This document shows, one piece after another, positions 18,947-30,522 of a DNA stretch of 64,000 nt. The position numbers and the translations under genes were made by a program. Location of the stretch: assembly GCA_963845565.1 (NCBI GenBank), contig CAWJSJ010000005.1, positions 736,001-800,000 of the forward strand, written 5' to 3'. The stretch comes from an uncultured Methylomirabilota bacterium (GTDB lineage: Bacteria; Methylomirabilota; Methylomirabilia; Methylomirabilales; 2-02-FULL-66-22). Below the pieces are notes generated by a model. The model worked only from the letters and a program-made list of their open reading frames with translations. It searched no databases and was not told where the DNA came from. The number at the start of each line of letters is the position of its first letter. Positions within the stretch are counted from its first letter, which is position 1.

Positions 18947-21900
18947 ATGGGACAGTTCTTCATCCGGCGACCGATCGTCGCCATCGTCATCTCGATCCTG
19001 ATCGTCATGCTCGGGGTGGTCACCCTCAAGGGCCTCTCCATCGAGCAGTACCCGTTCCTGGCCCCGCCGAACATCCGCGTCACCGCCACCTACCCCGGCG
19101 CCTCCGCGGAAGCCGTGGAGCAGTCGGTGGCGACCCCCATCGAGCAGGAGGTCAACGGCGTCGACCGCCTGATCTACATGAAGTCCTCGAACACCAGCGA
19201 CGGCCGGATGCTCCTGGACGTCAACTTCGAGGTCGGGACGGACCAGGACATGGCGAACGTCCTCACCCAGAACCGGGTCTCGGCGGCGCAGGCGCGCCTG
19301 CCGCAGGAGGTCGTCCAGCAGGGGGTCACCGTCAAGAAGCAGAGCCCCAGCATCCTGATGCTGATCTCGGTCTACTCGCCCAAGGACGCCTACGACGCCA
19401 ACTTCCTGATCAACTACTGCGGCATCAACCTGCGGGACCAGCTGCTCCGGATCCCCGGGATCGCCCAGGTGGACCTCTTCGGCGGGACGGACTACGGGAT
19501 GCGGATCTGGTTCCAGCCCGACAAGCTGGCCAAGCTGGGCCTGACCCCGGCGGACGTCATCTCGGCCATCAAGGAGCAGAACCTCCAGGCGCCCACCGGC
19601 AAGGTCGGCGGCGCCCCCACGCCGCCGGACCAGGAGTTCACCAACACGGTCAGCGCGCCGGGCCGCCTGGTCACGGTCGAGGAGTTCGAGAACATCATCG
19701 TCCGCCAGAGCGCCACCGGCGCCGTGGTCCGGATCAAGGACGTCGCGCGCGCCGAGCTGGGCTCGCAGGACTACAACTCCTTCGGGCGGCTGAACGGCAA
19801 GCCGGCCGGCGCGATGGCGGTCTACCTCTTGCCCGGCGCCAACCAGCTCAAGGCCGCCGAGACGATCTACGCGACCATGGAGCGGGCCAAGGCGCTCTTC
19901 CCGCCCGGCATGGACTACAAGATCGTCTACGACACCACGCCGGCGGTCCAGGCCTCGATCCACGAGATCCTGAAGACGTTCGTCGAGGCGCTGATCCTGG
20001 TGACGCTGGTGGTCTTCATCTTCCTCCAGAACATCCGCGCGACGATCATCCCGCTGATCACCATCCCGGTCTCCCTCATCGGGACGTTCATCTTCTTCCC
20101 CCTGCTGGGTTTCTCGCGTCAACACCCTCTCGATGTTCGGCCTGGTGCTCGCCATCGGCATCGTGGTGGACGACGCCATCGTCGTGGTTGAAGCCGTCAT
20201 CCACCACCTGGAACAAGGGAAGAGTCCCCGGGAGGCGACCGTCAAGGCCATGGAGGAGGTCACGGCCCCGGTCATCGGGATCGCCCTCATCCTCTCCGCC
20301 GTGTTCGTCCCCGTGGCCCTCCTGGGCGGACTGGTCGGCAGCATGTACAAGCAGTTCGCCCTGACCATCGCCATCTCGGTGTTGCTCTCGGCGTTCAACG
20401 CGCTGTCGCTGACGCCGGCGCTCTGCGCCATGCTCCTCAAGGCGCCGCGCCCCATGCGGGGGCCGCTGGGCGTCTTCTTCCGCGGCTTCAACAAGGTGTT
20501 CGACGTCACCACGACCGGCTACGTGAGCGTGTCGCGCATCCTCGTGCGGCAGGGGAATCCTGACGATCGGGATCGTCGCCGTGGTGGCGGTGGGGGCCGG
20601 CCTCTTCGCGCCGCGTCATCCCGGCCGGGTTCATCCCGGACGAGGACCAGGGGATCTTCGGCGTCGCCGTCCAGCTTCCGCCCGGGGCCTCGCTGGAGCG
20701 GACCAGCGCGGTGCTCAAGAAGGTGGAGGAGATCCTGGCGAAGACCGACGGGATCGAATCTTTCCAGACCATCGGCGGCTACGGGGCGGTCACCAACACG
20801 TACCAGCCGAACTACGGCACGATCTTCGCGCGCCTGCACCCGTGGGAAGAGCGGAAGGGCGAGGCGCTGCACGTGAAGGGCATCATGGCGAAGCTGCAGC
20901 GGCAGTTCGCGGCCATCCCGGAGGCGGTCATCTTCCCGTTCAACATCCCGACGCTGGCGGGATTCGGCGCCGCCTCGGGGTTCAACTTCCTCCTCCAGGA
21001 CCGCAGCGGCTCCATGACGGTCGAGGAGCTCGGCGAGCAGACGCGGAAGTTCCTCGCGGCGGGACGGCAACGGCCGGAGCTGGGGAACCTCTTCACCTCC
21101 TTCGACCCGAACTACCCCCAGGTCAGGGTGGAGCTGGACCGCGAGAAGGCGCGCACGCTGGGCGTCCCGGTGAACGAGGTCGTTCCAGGCGATGTCCGCC
21201 GCCCTGGGAGGGGCCTACGTCAACGACTTCAACCGCTTCGGGCGGCTGTACCGGGTCTACGTGCAGGCCGACGCGGCGGCCCGCCTGAAGGCGGAGGATA
21301 TCGGGAAGGTCTACGTCCGGTCGAAGACGACCAACGAGATGATTCCCCTCTCCACGCTGGTCACCATCAAGAACATCGCCGGGACCGAGCTGACGACCCG
21401 GTTCAACCTGCTGCGCTCCGTGGAGATCCAGGGGGCGCCCGCCCGCGGCTACACCTCCGGGCAGGCCCTCGCCGCGCTGGAGCAGGTCTTCGCGGAGACG
21501 ATGCCGAAGGAGATGGGCTTCGCCTACTCCTCGATGTCCTACCAGGAAAAGATCGCCCCGCCCGCCGCGCCGACCTTCATCATGGCCATCGTGTGCGTGT
21601 TCCTGCTGCTGGCCGCGATGTACGAGAGCTGGCGGCTGCCCTGGGCGGTCCTCCTGGGTTCGCCGCTGGTGGCCCTGGGGGCCTTCTTCGGCGTCTGGCT
21701 GATGGGCTACGACAACAACGTGTACGTGCAGATCGGTCTGGTCATGCTGATCGGCCTGGCGGCCAAGAACGCCATCCTGATCGTGGAGTTCGCCAAGGCG
21801 AAGCACGAGGAGGGCCTCTCCCTGGAGGAGGCGGCCCTGACGTCGGCCCGCCTGCGCTTCCGGCCGATCCTGATGACGGCCTTCGCCTTCATCCTGGGCG

Positions 21901-22109
21901 TCGTGCCGCTGATGAAAGCGAGCGGCGCGGGCGCGGGGGCCCAGAACGTGATGGGCACCGGCGTCTTCTGGGGCATGCTGGTCGCCACCGCGCTGGGCGT
22001 GTTCATCATTCCCGGGCAACTTCACCTTCGTCGAGGGACTCGGCCGCGGCGGCAAGCCGCCAAGCAGGCGCCGGCCGCGCCGTCGCCCAGAAGGAGCGCA
22101 CTGAGATGA
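18947..22109 (+). CDS. RND efflux permease (HAE1/AcrB family), frameshifted
   Basis: FFIRRPI, YPGASAE, GIVVDDAIVVVE, AAKNAILIVEFA, RFRPILMT. Confidence 0.92.
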
Positions 22110-23577
22110 CCCGCCGACAAATTCTCCTACTCTGCGTTGTTGTGTTCTTTGCCGCCGGTTGCACCGTCGGTCCCGACTACAAGCGGCCGGAGGTCTCGGT
22201 CCCGGCGGTCTATCGTGCGGCTGAGCACGAGTACCGCCGGTCGCCAGTGCCGCATCCTTCGGTGATCTCTGTTGGTGGAATGTCTTTCAGGATCCGGAGC
22301 TGCAGGAGCTGATCCGGACGGCCCTGGTCGAAAACTACGATCTCCGCGTGGCGGTGTCGCGCATCCTCCAGGCCCAGAGCTCAGGTGACGGTTGCGCGGT
22401 CGTATCAGTACCCGACGGCGGACGTCGGCGCCAACGCTCCCTACAGTGCGGTCGTAGGCGGCGAACGTCCCCCAACGACTCCCCGCGAACGCGTTCCAAC
22501 CCCAGGGCGGACTCACCGTCGCGTGGGAGCTGGACCTCTGGGGGAAATTCCGGCGAAACACCGAGTCGGCCTGGGCCAACCTGCTCGCCACCGAGGAGTC
22601 GCGGTACGCGGTCATGACCAGCCTGGTCGCCCAGGTCGCCCAGGCCTACCTGACCTCCGGACCCTGGACCTCACGCTGGAAATCTCCAAGCGTACCGTGA
22701 CCTCGCGGGAGCAGTCCCGCGACCTGGTGCAAGCCCGGCTGGACGGCGGTGTGGCCGGGATCCTCGACCTGCGCCAGGCCGAGACGCTGCTCTACGGCGC
22801 GACGAAGACGATCCCGGAGATCCAGCGTCAGATCGAGCAGACCGAGAATTTCATCAACATCTTGCTCGGAAGGAATCCCGGGCCCATCAGGCGCGGTCGC
22901 CCCCTTGACCAGCAGGTCGCGGCCCCGACGGTGCCAGCGGGGCTTCCGTCGGAACTCCTTGCGCGGCGGCCGGACATCCGCGGGGCGGAACAGCGTGCTG
23001 GTGTCCGCGAATGCGCAGATCGGCGTCGCGAAGGCGTTGCTCTTTCCGCAGGTCACGATCTCCGGCTTCGCCGGCGCGGGCGGTGCGGTGATCAGCGGCT
23101 CCACCTTCGGACCGTACGGGGTGTTTAACGTCCTGCCGGTCGTCACCTTGCCCATCTTCAACATGGGTCGGCTGGAGGCGGGCGTGGACCTTCAACGAGG
23201 CTGTCGCCCAGGAAGCGGTACTGCGGTACCAGCAAACGATCCAGCAAGCGCTGCGCGAAGTGTCGGACTCGCTGATCGAGATCCAGAAGCGGCGGGAATT
23301 CCGGGAGCAGCAGGAACTGCTCACCAACACCCTGTCGGACGCCAGCCAGGTCGCCAAGTTGCGGTACGAGGGCGGGGTGTCCAGCTACCTGGAAGTCCTG
23401 GACACCGAGCGCCAATACTTCGAGGCCGAACTCCAGCTGGCGATAGCGCAGCGGGACGAGTATGCGGCCGTGGTCCAGCTCTACAAGGCCCTCGGTGGCG
23501 GGTGGCAGACCGAGACGCCCACCGCGCCGACCCCGGCGGGCGGGCGGACAGCCGCTGCCGCGGTCGAAAAACCCTAG
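22106..23577 (+). CDS. Efflux outer membrane lipoprotein (NodT/OprM family), frameshifted
   Basis: AGCTVGPDYKRP lipobox, GLPSELLARRPDI, LYKALGGGW. Confidence 0.9.
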
Positions 23578-23624
23578 CGGCGTGACGGGTTGCAGACAAT
23601 TTCCTGCGCTGGGGTGACGACTCG

Positions 23625-24341
23625 ATGACACGTGCTCGTTCCGCGATTGTGAGATCACGGAGGCCAGCGGGACGCCTTAAGGAGCTCTGGGTTTCGGAGG
23701 TCGGGCTGAGCATCTTCACCGGCCTTCTGGCGCTGGAGATTTTCGTCGTCTCGCCGCTCGCAAGTCTGGGTGTCCTGGGCACGGGCCTGATCGACGCGGT
23801 CTTTTCGCTTCTCTTGATCTGGGGCGCCCTCGCGCTCCATCCGGGGCGGATTCTGCAGGTTCTCGTCGTGATCTTGGTCGGGATCGCCATTGCCCTTCGC
23901 TGGATGGCGGCCTGGCAGCCCACCCCGTGGATCGTTGGGGCGGGATCGCTCCTGCTTGTGGTCACACTTGGGTGCTTTGTCGCCATCGTCTTGAAGCGGG
24001 TATTCGGAGCCGGCCCCGTGACGCGGCATCGGATTCACGGGGCGGTGTGCGCGTATCTCCTCTTCGGGTTGATGTGGGCCGCGGCATATGCGTTCGTCGG
24101 AGAGACTTTCCCACAGGCGTTCAACGTGGCCGGCGGAACGGCGCTCGCAGGAAATCCCCTAGGTCGATATGTATATTTCAGCTTTGTCACACTCACGACG
24201 GTGGGGTACGGCGACATCACGGCCATGCACCCGCTGGCGCGAACACTGGTCATCGCGGAAGCCTTGACCGGGCAGCTCTTTCCCGCGATCATCATCGGCG
24301 GCCTGGTTTCCTTGGCTCTCGCCGATCGGCCGAAGGGCTGA
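23625..24341 (+). CDS. Potassium channel family protein (Ion_trans_2)
   Basis: YFSFVTLTTVGYGDI selectivity filter. Confidence 0.88.
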   Translation: MTRARSAIVRSRRPAGRLKELWVSEVGLSIFTGLLALEIFVVSPLASLGVLGTGLIDAVFSLLLIWGALALHPGRILQVLVVILVGIAIALRWMAAWQPTPWIVGAGSLLLVVTLGCFVAIVLKRVFGAGPVTRHRIHGAVCAYLLFGLMWAAAYAFVGETFPQAFNVAGGTALAGNPLGRYVYFSFVTLTTVGYGDITAMHPLARTLVIAEALTGQLFPAIIIGGLVSLALADRPKG

Positions 24342-24563
24342 GGAGATCGAAGCCATCCTCCGCGCGAATGAATCGCGGAAGCGTGAGGAAGTCTCTCGCC
24401 AGTTTTTTCGGTGGTGCCCACAGGCCACGCGCGATATCCTTTCGAGATAATTAGGGAAGCGTTTTGGGTCGCTCCGCAGACGAGGAATCGTGGGGAGCCT
24501 AGAGATGGGGCATTCAGGAAAGCGGTTACCGCATAACGAACATAGGCAGAGGAGGACAGTATC

Positions 24564-25043
24564 ATGCGTGGAGGTCTTCTGAAGGGCGTGGCGGTCGTGA
24601 TCCTCGTCGCCTTGGTGACGACCGGGTGCGCGACGATGGAGGCGAACCCGAAGACGACAGTCGGGGCGGCCGGGGGCGGCCTGGTGGGCGGCCTGATCGC
24701 TGCCGCCGCGGGCGGGAATCCCGCGGCCATCGCCGCCAGTGTGATTGGTGGCATGCTCATCGGGGGTGTGGTCGGGAACATGCTGGACCAGCGCGACAAA
24801 CAAATGGCGGCCGAGGCGGCGCACCGGGCCATGGAGTCGGCGCCGACCGGCAAACCGGTGGCGTGGCAAAACCCGGACAGCGGCCACTCGGGGACGGTGA
24901 CCCCAACGCGGACCTACCAGACCGCAGACGGGAATTACTGCCGCGATTACCAGACGACCGTCGTCATCGATGGCAAGAAGGAACGGGCCACTGGCACCGC
25001 CTGCCGGCAACCGGACGGAAGCTGGCGAACCGTGAACTCGTAG
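24564..25043 (+). CDS. Glycine-zipper 17-kDa surface antigen-like lipoprotein
   Basis: TGC lipobox, Gly zipper, WQNPDSG, YCRDYQ...GTACRQPDGSW. Confidence 0.85.
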   Translation: MRGGLLKGVAVVILVALVTTGCATMEANPKTTVGAAGGGLVGGLIAAAAGGNPAAIAASVIGGMLIGGVVGNMLDQRDKQMAAEAAHRAMESAPTGKPVAWQNPDSGHSGTVTPTRTYQTADGNYCRDYQTTVVIDGKKERATGTACRQPDGSWRTVNS

Positions 25044-25071
25044 GTTTTTGCGCTGGGCGCGCAAAAACCTA
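25041..25071. terminator. Stem-loop at the gene stop
   Basis: TAGGTTTTTGCGC-tgggc-GCGCAAAAACCTA, 13-bp stem. Confidence 0.5.
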
Positions 25072-25144
25072 AACTGAACGGCTTGGGAGAGCTATTTCGT
25101 TTCGTTTGTGCGCGTGAAGCGCGCGAAAACGAGGAGGAGAACAC

Positions 25145-25546
25145 ATGGGACGGTTTCTTGTGACGGCGCTGATCGTCGCGGCGGCGGTCGCCTGCGTGGT
25201 GAGCCCCGCGCTCGCTCAGATTCCACCACCTGACTGGAAAGAGGGCTTCCGGGCCCACGACAAGAACGGTGACGGACTGATTGACCGTGCCGAGTTCCAG
25301 AACTGGATCGTGGAAGGGTTTTACTTCCGAGACAAGGGGCACAAGGGCTATCTGGTCCAGGCAGACCTTCAAGGGGCGGCGTCACCCGAGGTATTCAAGG
25401 CGATCAACCGCAAGGGGGATGGCAAGCTGACCATGAACGAATACCTCAACGCGCTGTTCCAGGACTTCGCGGCGATTGATGCCAACCAGAACGGCGCGAT
25501 CACCATGCAGGAGGTCGAGGTGTATATCAAGCAAGTCCGAAAGTAA
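25145..25546 (+). CDS. Secreted EF-hand calcium-binding protein
   Basis: DKNGDGLIDRAEF, RKGDGKLTMNEY, DANQNGAITMQE. Confidence 0.85.
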   Translation: MGRFLVTALIVAAAVACVVSPALAQIPPPDWKEGFRAHDKNGDGLIDRAEFQNWIVEGFYFRDKGHKGYLVQADLQGAASPEVFKAINRKGDGKLTMNEYLNALFQDFAAIDANQNGAITMQEVEVYIKQVRK

Positions 25547-25648
25547 GCCGTTGTCAAAGAATAAGTTGAGCGGAGACATTCCGAAACGGCATAAGGAGCC
25601 GTAACGAAATAGAAGGAGATGTATAGGTTATTTCGTAACGGCTCCTAA
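25545..25648. repeat. Family B repeat, copy 2, starting at the TAA stop of the EF-hand gene
   Basis: Matches 196-299. Confidence 0.85.
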
Positions 25649-25747
25649 CCCCGGCGCATTTCCCTGCGGGGCCGTTGTCCTGCGCCACGGGGACGACTGG
25701 CTGGTCTTTAATCCATGGCGACACCTTACAACAAGGAGGAGATCTCG

Positions 25748-26224
25748 ATGCGTTTCGTGAAAGCTTCGTTTTTGGCGCTGGCGGCGTGCATGCTGGTTGT
25801 TCCGTGTGTTGTGCAAGCGCAGACCGCATCGGACATGGAGATTCTGCGGCAGAAACTGAAGGCCGACAAGAAGCTCGTGGTTGCGGAAGTGATGCAGTTG
25901 TCGGCCGCCGAGGCGACAGGGTTCTGGCCGGTGTACGACGCCTACCAGACCGATCTGGGACAACTCAACGCGCGGCTCGTCCAGCTCATCAAGAGCTATG
26001 CGGAGGCGTACCGTACCGATACGCTTACCAACGACAAGGCGCAGGCACTCACGGATGAAGCACTGAAGATCGAGCAGGCGGAAGTGGACATGAAGCGCGC
26101 GTACCTGCCCAAGCTCTCGGCCGTGGTGTCTCCGGTGAAGGCGGCGCGATATCTGCAAGTCGAGACCAAGATCCGGGCTGTGCTGAAGTTCGATCTGGCA
26201 ACGGAGATTCCGCTCGCCAAATAA
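25748..26224 (+). CDS. Hypothetical secreted helical protein
   Basis: AAGGAGG RBS, signal peptide, MQLSAAEATGFWPVYDAY. Confidence 0.75.
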   Translation: MRFVKASFLALAACMLVVPCVVQAQTASDMEILRQKLKADKKLVVAEVMQLSAAEATGFWPVYDAYQTDLGQLNARLVQLIKSYAEAYRTDTLTNDKAQALTDEALKIEQAEVDMKRAYLPKLSAVVSPVKAARYLQVETKIRAVLKFDLATEIPLAK

Positions 26225-26310
26225 GACGACGGTGTGTTGCCGCGTCCGCCGACGAACAGAACGTCGGCGGACGTCGGTGGCCCCGGATGTGAGAAGCCAG
26301 GAGCACGCGC

Positions 26311-27945
26311 ATGCCACCAGCCATCGTTCCCCTTTCCGCCCGTCCCGCCTGGCAGGCGCTGGCTGCGCACTATCACCAGGTGCGGACCCGGCATCTCCGC
26401 GACCTCTTTGCGGCCGATCCCACGCGCGGCGAACGGCTCGTCGCCGAGGCGGGGGGCCTCTACCTGGACTACTCGAAGAACCGGATCACCGACGACACCC
26501 TCACCCTCCTCCTGCGACTGGCGGACGAGTCCGGCCTGCGCGCACGGATCGACGCCATGTTCCGGGGCGACAAGATCAATGTCACGGAGCAGCGGGCCGT
26601 CCTCCACGTGGCCCTGCGGGCGCCGCGGGGGGCCTCCATCTGTGTGGATGGGGAGAACGTCGTGCCGCAGGTGCAGGCCGTGCTCGACCAGATGGCGGCC
26701 TTTGCCGTCCGGGTGCGGAGCGGGGCCTGGACCGGCCATACCGGCAAGCGCATCACGACCGTCATCAACATCGGCATCGGGGGCTCAGACCTCGGGCCGG
26801 TGATGGCCTACGAGGCGCTCAAGCACTACAGCGACCGCGCCGTGAGTTTCCGGTTCGTCTCCAACGTGGATGGCACCGATCTGGTGGAAGCTACCCGCGA
26901 CCTCGACCCGGCGGAGACGCTCTTCATCGTCTCGTCCAAGACCTTCACGACGCTGGAGACGATGACCAACGCCCAGAGTGCGCGCGCCTGGCTGCTCCAG
27001 GGGTTCGGCGGCGATGCCAAGGCCGTGGCCAAGCACTTCGTCGCGGTCTCGACGAATGGCGCCCAGGTGGCCGCCTTCGGGATCGACACCGCCAACATGT
27101 TCGGGTTCTGGGACTGGGTCGGCGGGCGGTACTCCATGGACTCGGCGATCGGCCTCTCGACGATGCTGGCGATCGGTCCCGAGCACTTTCGCGCCCTGCT
27201 CGCCGGCTTTCATCGGATGGACGAGCATTTCCGCACCGCGCCCTTCGAGCGGAATCTACCCGTGCTGATGGGTCTGCTGGGGATCTGGTATACCGAGTTT
27301 TTCGGCGCCCAGACGGTGGCGGTCCTGCCGTACGATCAGTACTTGAAGCGGTTTCCGGCCTATCTGCAACAGTTGACGATGGAGAGCAACGGCAAGTCCG
27401 TGACCCTTGACGGGACACCGGTCGCGTACCAGACCGGCCCCGTCTACTGGGGCGAGCCGGGCACCAACGGCCAGCACTCCTTCTACCAACTGATCCACCA
27501 GGGGACCCGACTCATCCCCTGCGACTTCATCGCGTTCGGCCAGCCCCTCAATCCGCTCGGGCGACACCACGACATGCTGCTGGCGAACGTCCTGGCCCAG
27601 AGCGAGGCGCTTGCCTTCGGCAAGACCCCCGAGGAGGTCAAGGCCGAGGGCACGCCGGATTGGCTCGTGCCGCATCGGGTCTTCGAAGGCAATCGGCCGT
27701 CGAACACGATTCTTGCCGAGCGGCTCACGCCGGACACGCTCGGCCAGCTCGTCGCCCTGTACGAGCACGCGGTCTTCACCCAGGGGGCCATCTGGCAGAT
27801 TGACTCGTTCGACCAGTGGGGCGTCGAGCTGGGCAAGGTCCTCGCGCAACGCATCATCCCGGAACTCGAGAGCCCGGCGGAACCCCCGCTCACGCATGAC
27901 AGCTCGACGAATCACCTGATCCGTCGGTACCGGGCGCTCAGATAA
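26311..27945 (+). CDS. pgi: Glucose-6-phosphate isomerase
   Basis: [42 protein letters not shown]. Confidence 0.97.
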   Translation: MPPAIVPLSARPAWQALAAHYHQVRTRHLRDLFAADPTRGERLVAEAGGLYLDYSKNRITDDTLTLLLRLADESGLRARIDAMFRGDKINVTEQRAVLHVALRAPRGASICVDGENVVPQVQAVLDQMAAFAVRVRSGAWTGHTGKRITTVINIGIGGSDLGPVMAYEALKHYSDRAVSFRFVSNVDGTDLVEATRDLDPAETLFIVSSKTFTTLETMTNAQSARAWLLQGFGGDAKAVAKHFVAVSTNGAQVAAFGIDTANMFGFWDWVGGRYSMDSAIGLSTMLAIGPEHFRALLAGFHRMDEHFRTAPFERNLPVLMGLLGIWYTEFFGAQTVAVLPYDQYLKRFPAYLQQLTMESNGKSVTLDGTPVAYQTGPVYWGEPGTNGQHSFYQLIHQGTRLIPCDFIAFGQPLNPLGRHHDMLLANVLAQSEALAFGKTPEEVKAEGTPDWLVPHRVFEGNRPSNTILAERLTPDTLGQLVALYEHAVFTQGAIWQIDSFDQWGVELGKVLAQRIIPELESPAEPPLTHDSSTNHLIRRYRALR

Positions 27946-27948
27946 AAT

Positions 27949-27978
27949 TCTCGGCGCAGCGTGGGCGCTGCGCCGAGA
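27949..27978. terminator. Hairpin between convergent pgi and wecA-like genes
   Basis: TCTCGGCGCAGCG-tggg-CGCTGCGCCGAGA. Confidence 0.65.
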
Positions 27979-28028
27979 CGATTGGAACGTGTCGTTGCCT
28001 GCCGATCCGTCCCGCTTTTGACAACGGC

Positions 28029-29207
28029 TTACCGATTTCCCGCGTGCTCCAGAACCGAAAAGATGGCGGCGATCAGGACTGCTTGCAGGATCAACAGCGC
28101 CGCCTCGAAGCCCCGCGCGTGCACCAGGGCGACGGCGGCCAGGCCCATGCAGACGGAGAAGCCGAAGACCAGCAGGACGGCCTTCCGCTTGCTTCCAAGC
28201 AAGGCGGCGAGCCGGTGGTGGAGGTGGTCTCTCCCCACGTACGCGATCCAGTCGTGGAAACTCCGAACCTTCCCCGTCAGGATCCGCGCCGCGGTGATGT
28301 AGGTCATGTCGTAGATGAAGACCCAGAAGATCAGCACCGGGGCCGCGATATCCACGAGATTGCTCTCGGCCCATTCCCCCTTGATCGCCAGCGCCGCCAG
28401 GACGAATCCCAGAAAGGTGCTGCCGGCGTCCCCCAGGAAGATCGCGGCGGGCGCCCTCGGACGGAAGTTGAAGGGAAGGAAGCCCAGGCAGCTCCCGACC
28501 ATGGCGGCGGCGAACCAGCCGAGGAACGGCTGGAAGCTCAGGAATGCGAACAGCCCCAGAAAGCTCGCCGTGATGATGCTGAGGCCGGTGGCCAGGCCAT
28601 CCATGCCGTCGAAGAAGTTCATGGCGTTGGTGATGCCGAGCAGCCAAAGGATCGTCAGGAGAGCATCGAGCAGATTCCCCAGCCACAGCCGGGGGAACAG
28701 GGTGAGGGCCACGCCGGAGCCGATCACGATGCCCACGGCCACGAGCTGCGCGAGCAGCTTGACGGCGGCGGGCATCTGGTAGACGTCGTCCAGGATGCCG
28801 ACCAGCACCAGCAGCGTGCCGCCGACGAGGATCGCGATGACCTGACGATCCAGGATGGAATTGGCCAGGATGGCCACGGTGAACGCCAGGTAAATGGCGA
28901 GCCCGCCAAGGAGCGGGGTCGGGGCCGCGTGCACCTTTCGGGAGGCGGGCATGTCCAGGACGCCGGTCCGATGCGCCAGGCGCGCGATTCCGGGCGTCAG
29001 GCCGAGGGAGATGAGCGCGGAGACGACCAGGATGTACGCCCAGCGGGCGCCGTACACCGACAACCAGGTGGTCCGGACTGGGGGGAGCAGCAGCGCGGCA
29101 GCCACGCCCAGCACCGCCAGGCTGAGCCACGCCGAGCCACATCGGGGCGCCGGGGTGCCGGCTGAAGGACGCGCGTTGTCCGGGAACTCGGATGCGGTGG
29201 TGCTCAT
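28029..29207 (-). CDS. WecA/MraY-family undecaprenyl-phosphate sugar-1-phosphate transferase
   Basis: RKVH..PTPLLGG, GILDD, NAMNFFDGMDGLA, IFLGDAGS, HLHHRL. Confidence 0.9.
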   Translation of the reverse strand: MSTTASEFPDNARPSAGTPAPRCGSAWLSLAVLGVAAALLLPPVRTTWLSVYGARWAYILVVSALISLGLTPGIARLAHRTGVLDMPASRKVHAAPTPLLGGLAIYLAFTVAILANSILDRQVIAILVGGTLLVLVGILDDVYQMPAAVKLLAQLVAVGIVIGSGVALTLFPRLWLGNLLDALLTILWLLGITNAMNFFDGMDGLATGLSIITASFLGLFAFLSFQPFLGWFAAAMVGSCLGFLPFNFRPRAPAAIFLGDAGSTFLGFVLAALAIKGEWAESNLVDIAAPVLIFWVFIYDMTYITAARILTGKVRSFHDWIAYVGRDHLHHRLAALLGSKRKAVLLVFGFSVCMGLAAVALVHARGFEAALLILQAVLIAAIFSVLEHAGNR

Positions 29208-30241
29208 GCGAACACCGCCTGGAGGGCACCGACCACGACCGCAGCCTCCGCGCGAGTGAGTGTGGGATAGATCGGCACCGACAGCGCGTGCCGGTAGGCG
29301 TGCTCTGACCCCGGGAACCCGGTCAGGCCCAGCGTCCGGTGGATGGGCCGGAAGACGGGCGGTCGGGCGACGACCCCGTGCGCAGCGAGCCGCGCGGCGG
29401 TCCTGGTCGCGGGCCCTGCGCACGACACGACGAAGCGGTGGTACGCGTGGGTCCGGATTTCATCGGGGACCGGCAGGCGCACGGGCAACGCCGCCCAGCT
29501 GCGCCGGTACCGGGCGGCCAGCGCGCGCCGTCTCGACAGCATCGTCGGCAAGCGCTGCAACTGGCTGCGGCCGAGCGCCGCCTGGAAGTCGGTGAGCTTG
29601 TAGTTGAAGCGGGGCGCGTGGCGGCGGCGCTCGTCGTAGTCGCGGCGGTCTCGCACGCGGTCGAGCAGGCGCCGATCACGGCTGAGGAGCATGCCGCCCT
29701 CGCCGGTGGTCAGAAGTTTCGTCGCGTAAAAGGACAGGATACTGATGGCGCCGAACGACCCGACGGGGCGGTCCCGATAGGTTGCGCCGACGGCCTGGGC
29801 GCAGTCCTCGATGACCGGTACCCCCAACCGGAGCAGGGCGTCCAGGTCGGCAGGGAGTCCGAAGAGGTGCGGGACGATGATCGCCCGCGTCCGTCGCGTG
29901 CACCGACGCCGGACGTCGTCGGGGTCGAGGTTGTAGGTGTTCGGATCGATGTCCGCCAGTCGCGGGACGGCGCCCACGTACTCCACCGCGTGGAGGGGCG
30001 CGATGCACACGTAGCTGGGCACGATAATCTCGTCCCCAGGCCCGACCCCGAGCGCCAGGAGGGCCAGGTGCAGGGCGGCCGTCCCGGAATTCACCGCCAC
30101 GCCGGGCGGCAGACCAACACGGACCCCCACCTCGGCCTCCAGCGCGCCGACCTCCACGCCCTGCGCCAGGCTGCCCCGCCGGAGCACACCGCAGACCGCC
30201 TGCACGTCCGCCGGGGTGATCCAGGGGCGGGAATGGGGCAC
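29204..30241 (-). CDS. DegT/DnrJ/EryC1/StrS sugar aminotransferase (start uncertain; open frame extends to 30382)
   Basis: NSGTAALHLAL, EDCAQA, SFYATKLLTTGEGG. Confidence 0.9.
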   Translation of the reverse strand: MPHSRPWITPADVQAVCGVLRRGSLAQGVEVGALEAEVGVRVGLPPGVAVNSGTAALHLALLALGVGPGDEIIVPSYVCIAPLHAVEYVGAVPRLADIDPNTYNLDPDDVRRRCTRRTRAIIVPHLFGLPADLDALLRLGVPVIEDCAQAVGATYRDRPVGSFGAISILSFYATKLLTTGEGGMLLSRDRRLLDRVRDRRDYDERRRHAPRFNYKLTDFQAALGRSQLQRLPTMLSRRRALAARYRRSWAALPVRLPVPDEIRTHAYHRFVVSCAGPATRTAARLAAHGVVARPPVFRPIHRTLGLTGFPGSEHAYRHALSVPIYPTLTRAEAAVVVGALQAVFA

Positions 30242-30522
30242 CGGTCTTGGCAATTGGGCAACTTGGCGATTCGGCAAATGGGACCCCCGGCAATTGGACG
30301 CTTCGCGGATCACAGAACAGGAACCAGTTGTCTTCCTACCGTCTGACGCGCGAATGGACTCCAGGTCGGTACCTCCGTCCACACTTCGTCCGCCAGCGCC
30401 TCGGCGAGTCGATAGATGCGTAACCCTTCAAGTCCCTCCGCCATCACGTCGCCTCGGCCCACCCATCCAGGCGGCCCCTACCCGAATTGCTCGAATTGCC
30501 AGATCGCCCAATTGCCATCGCC

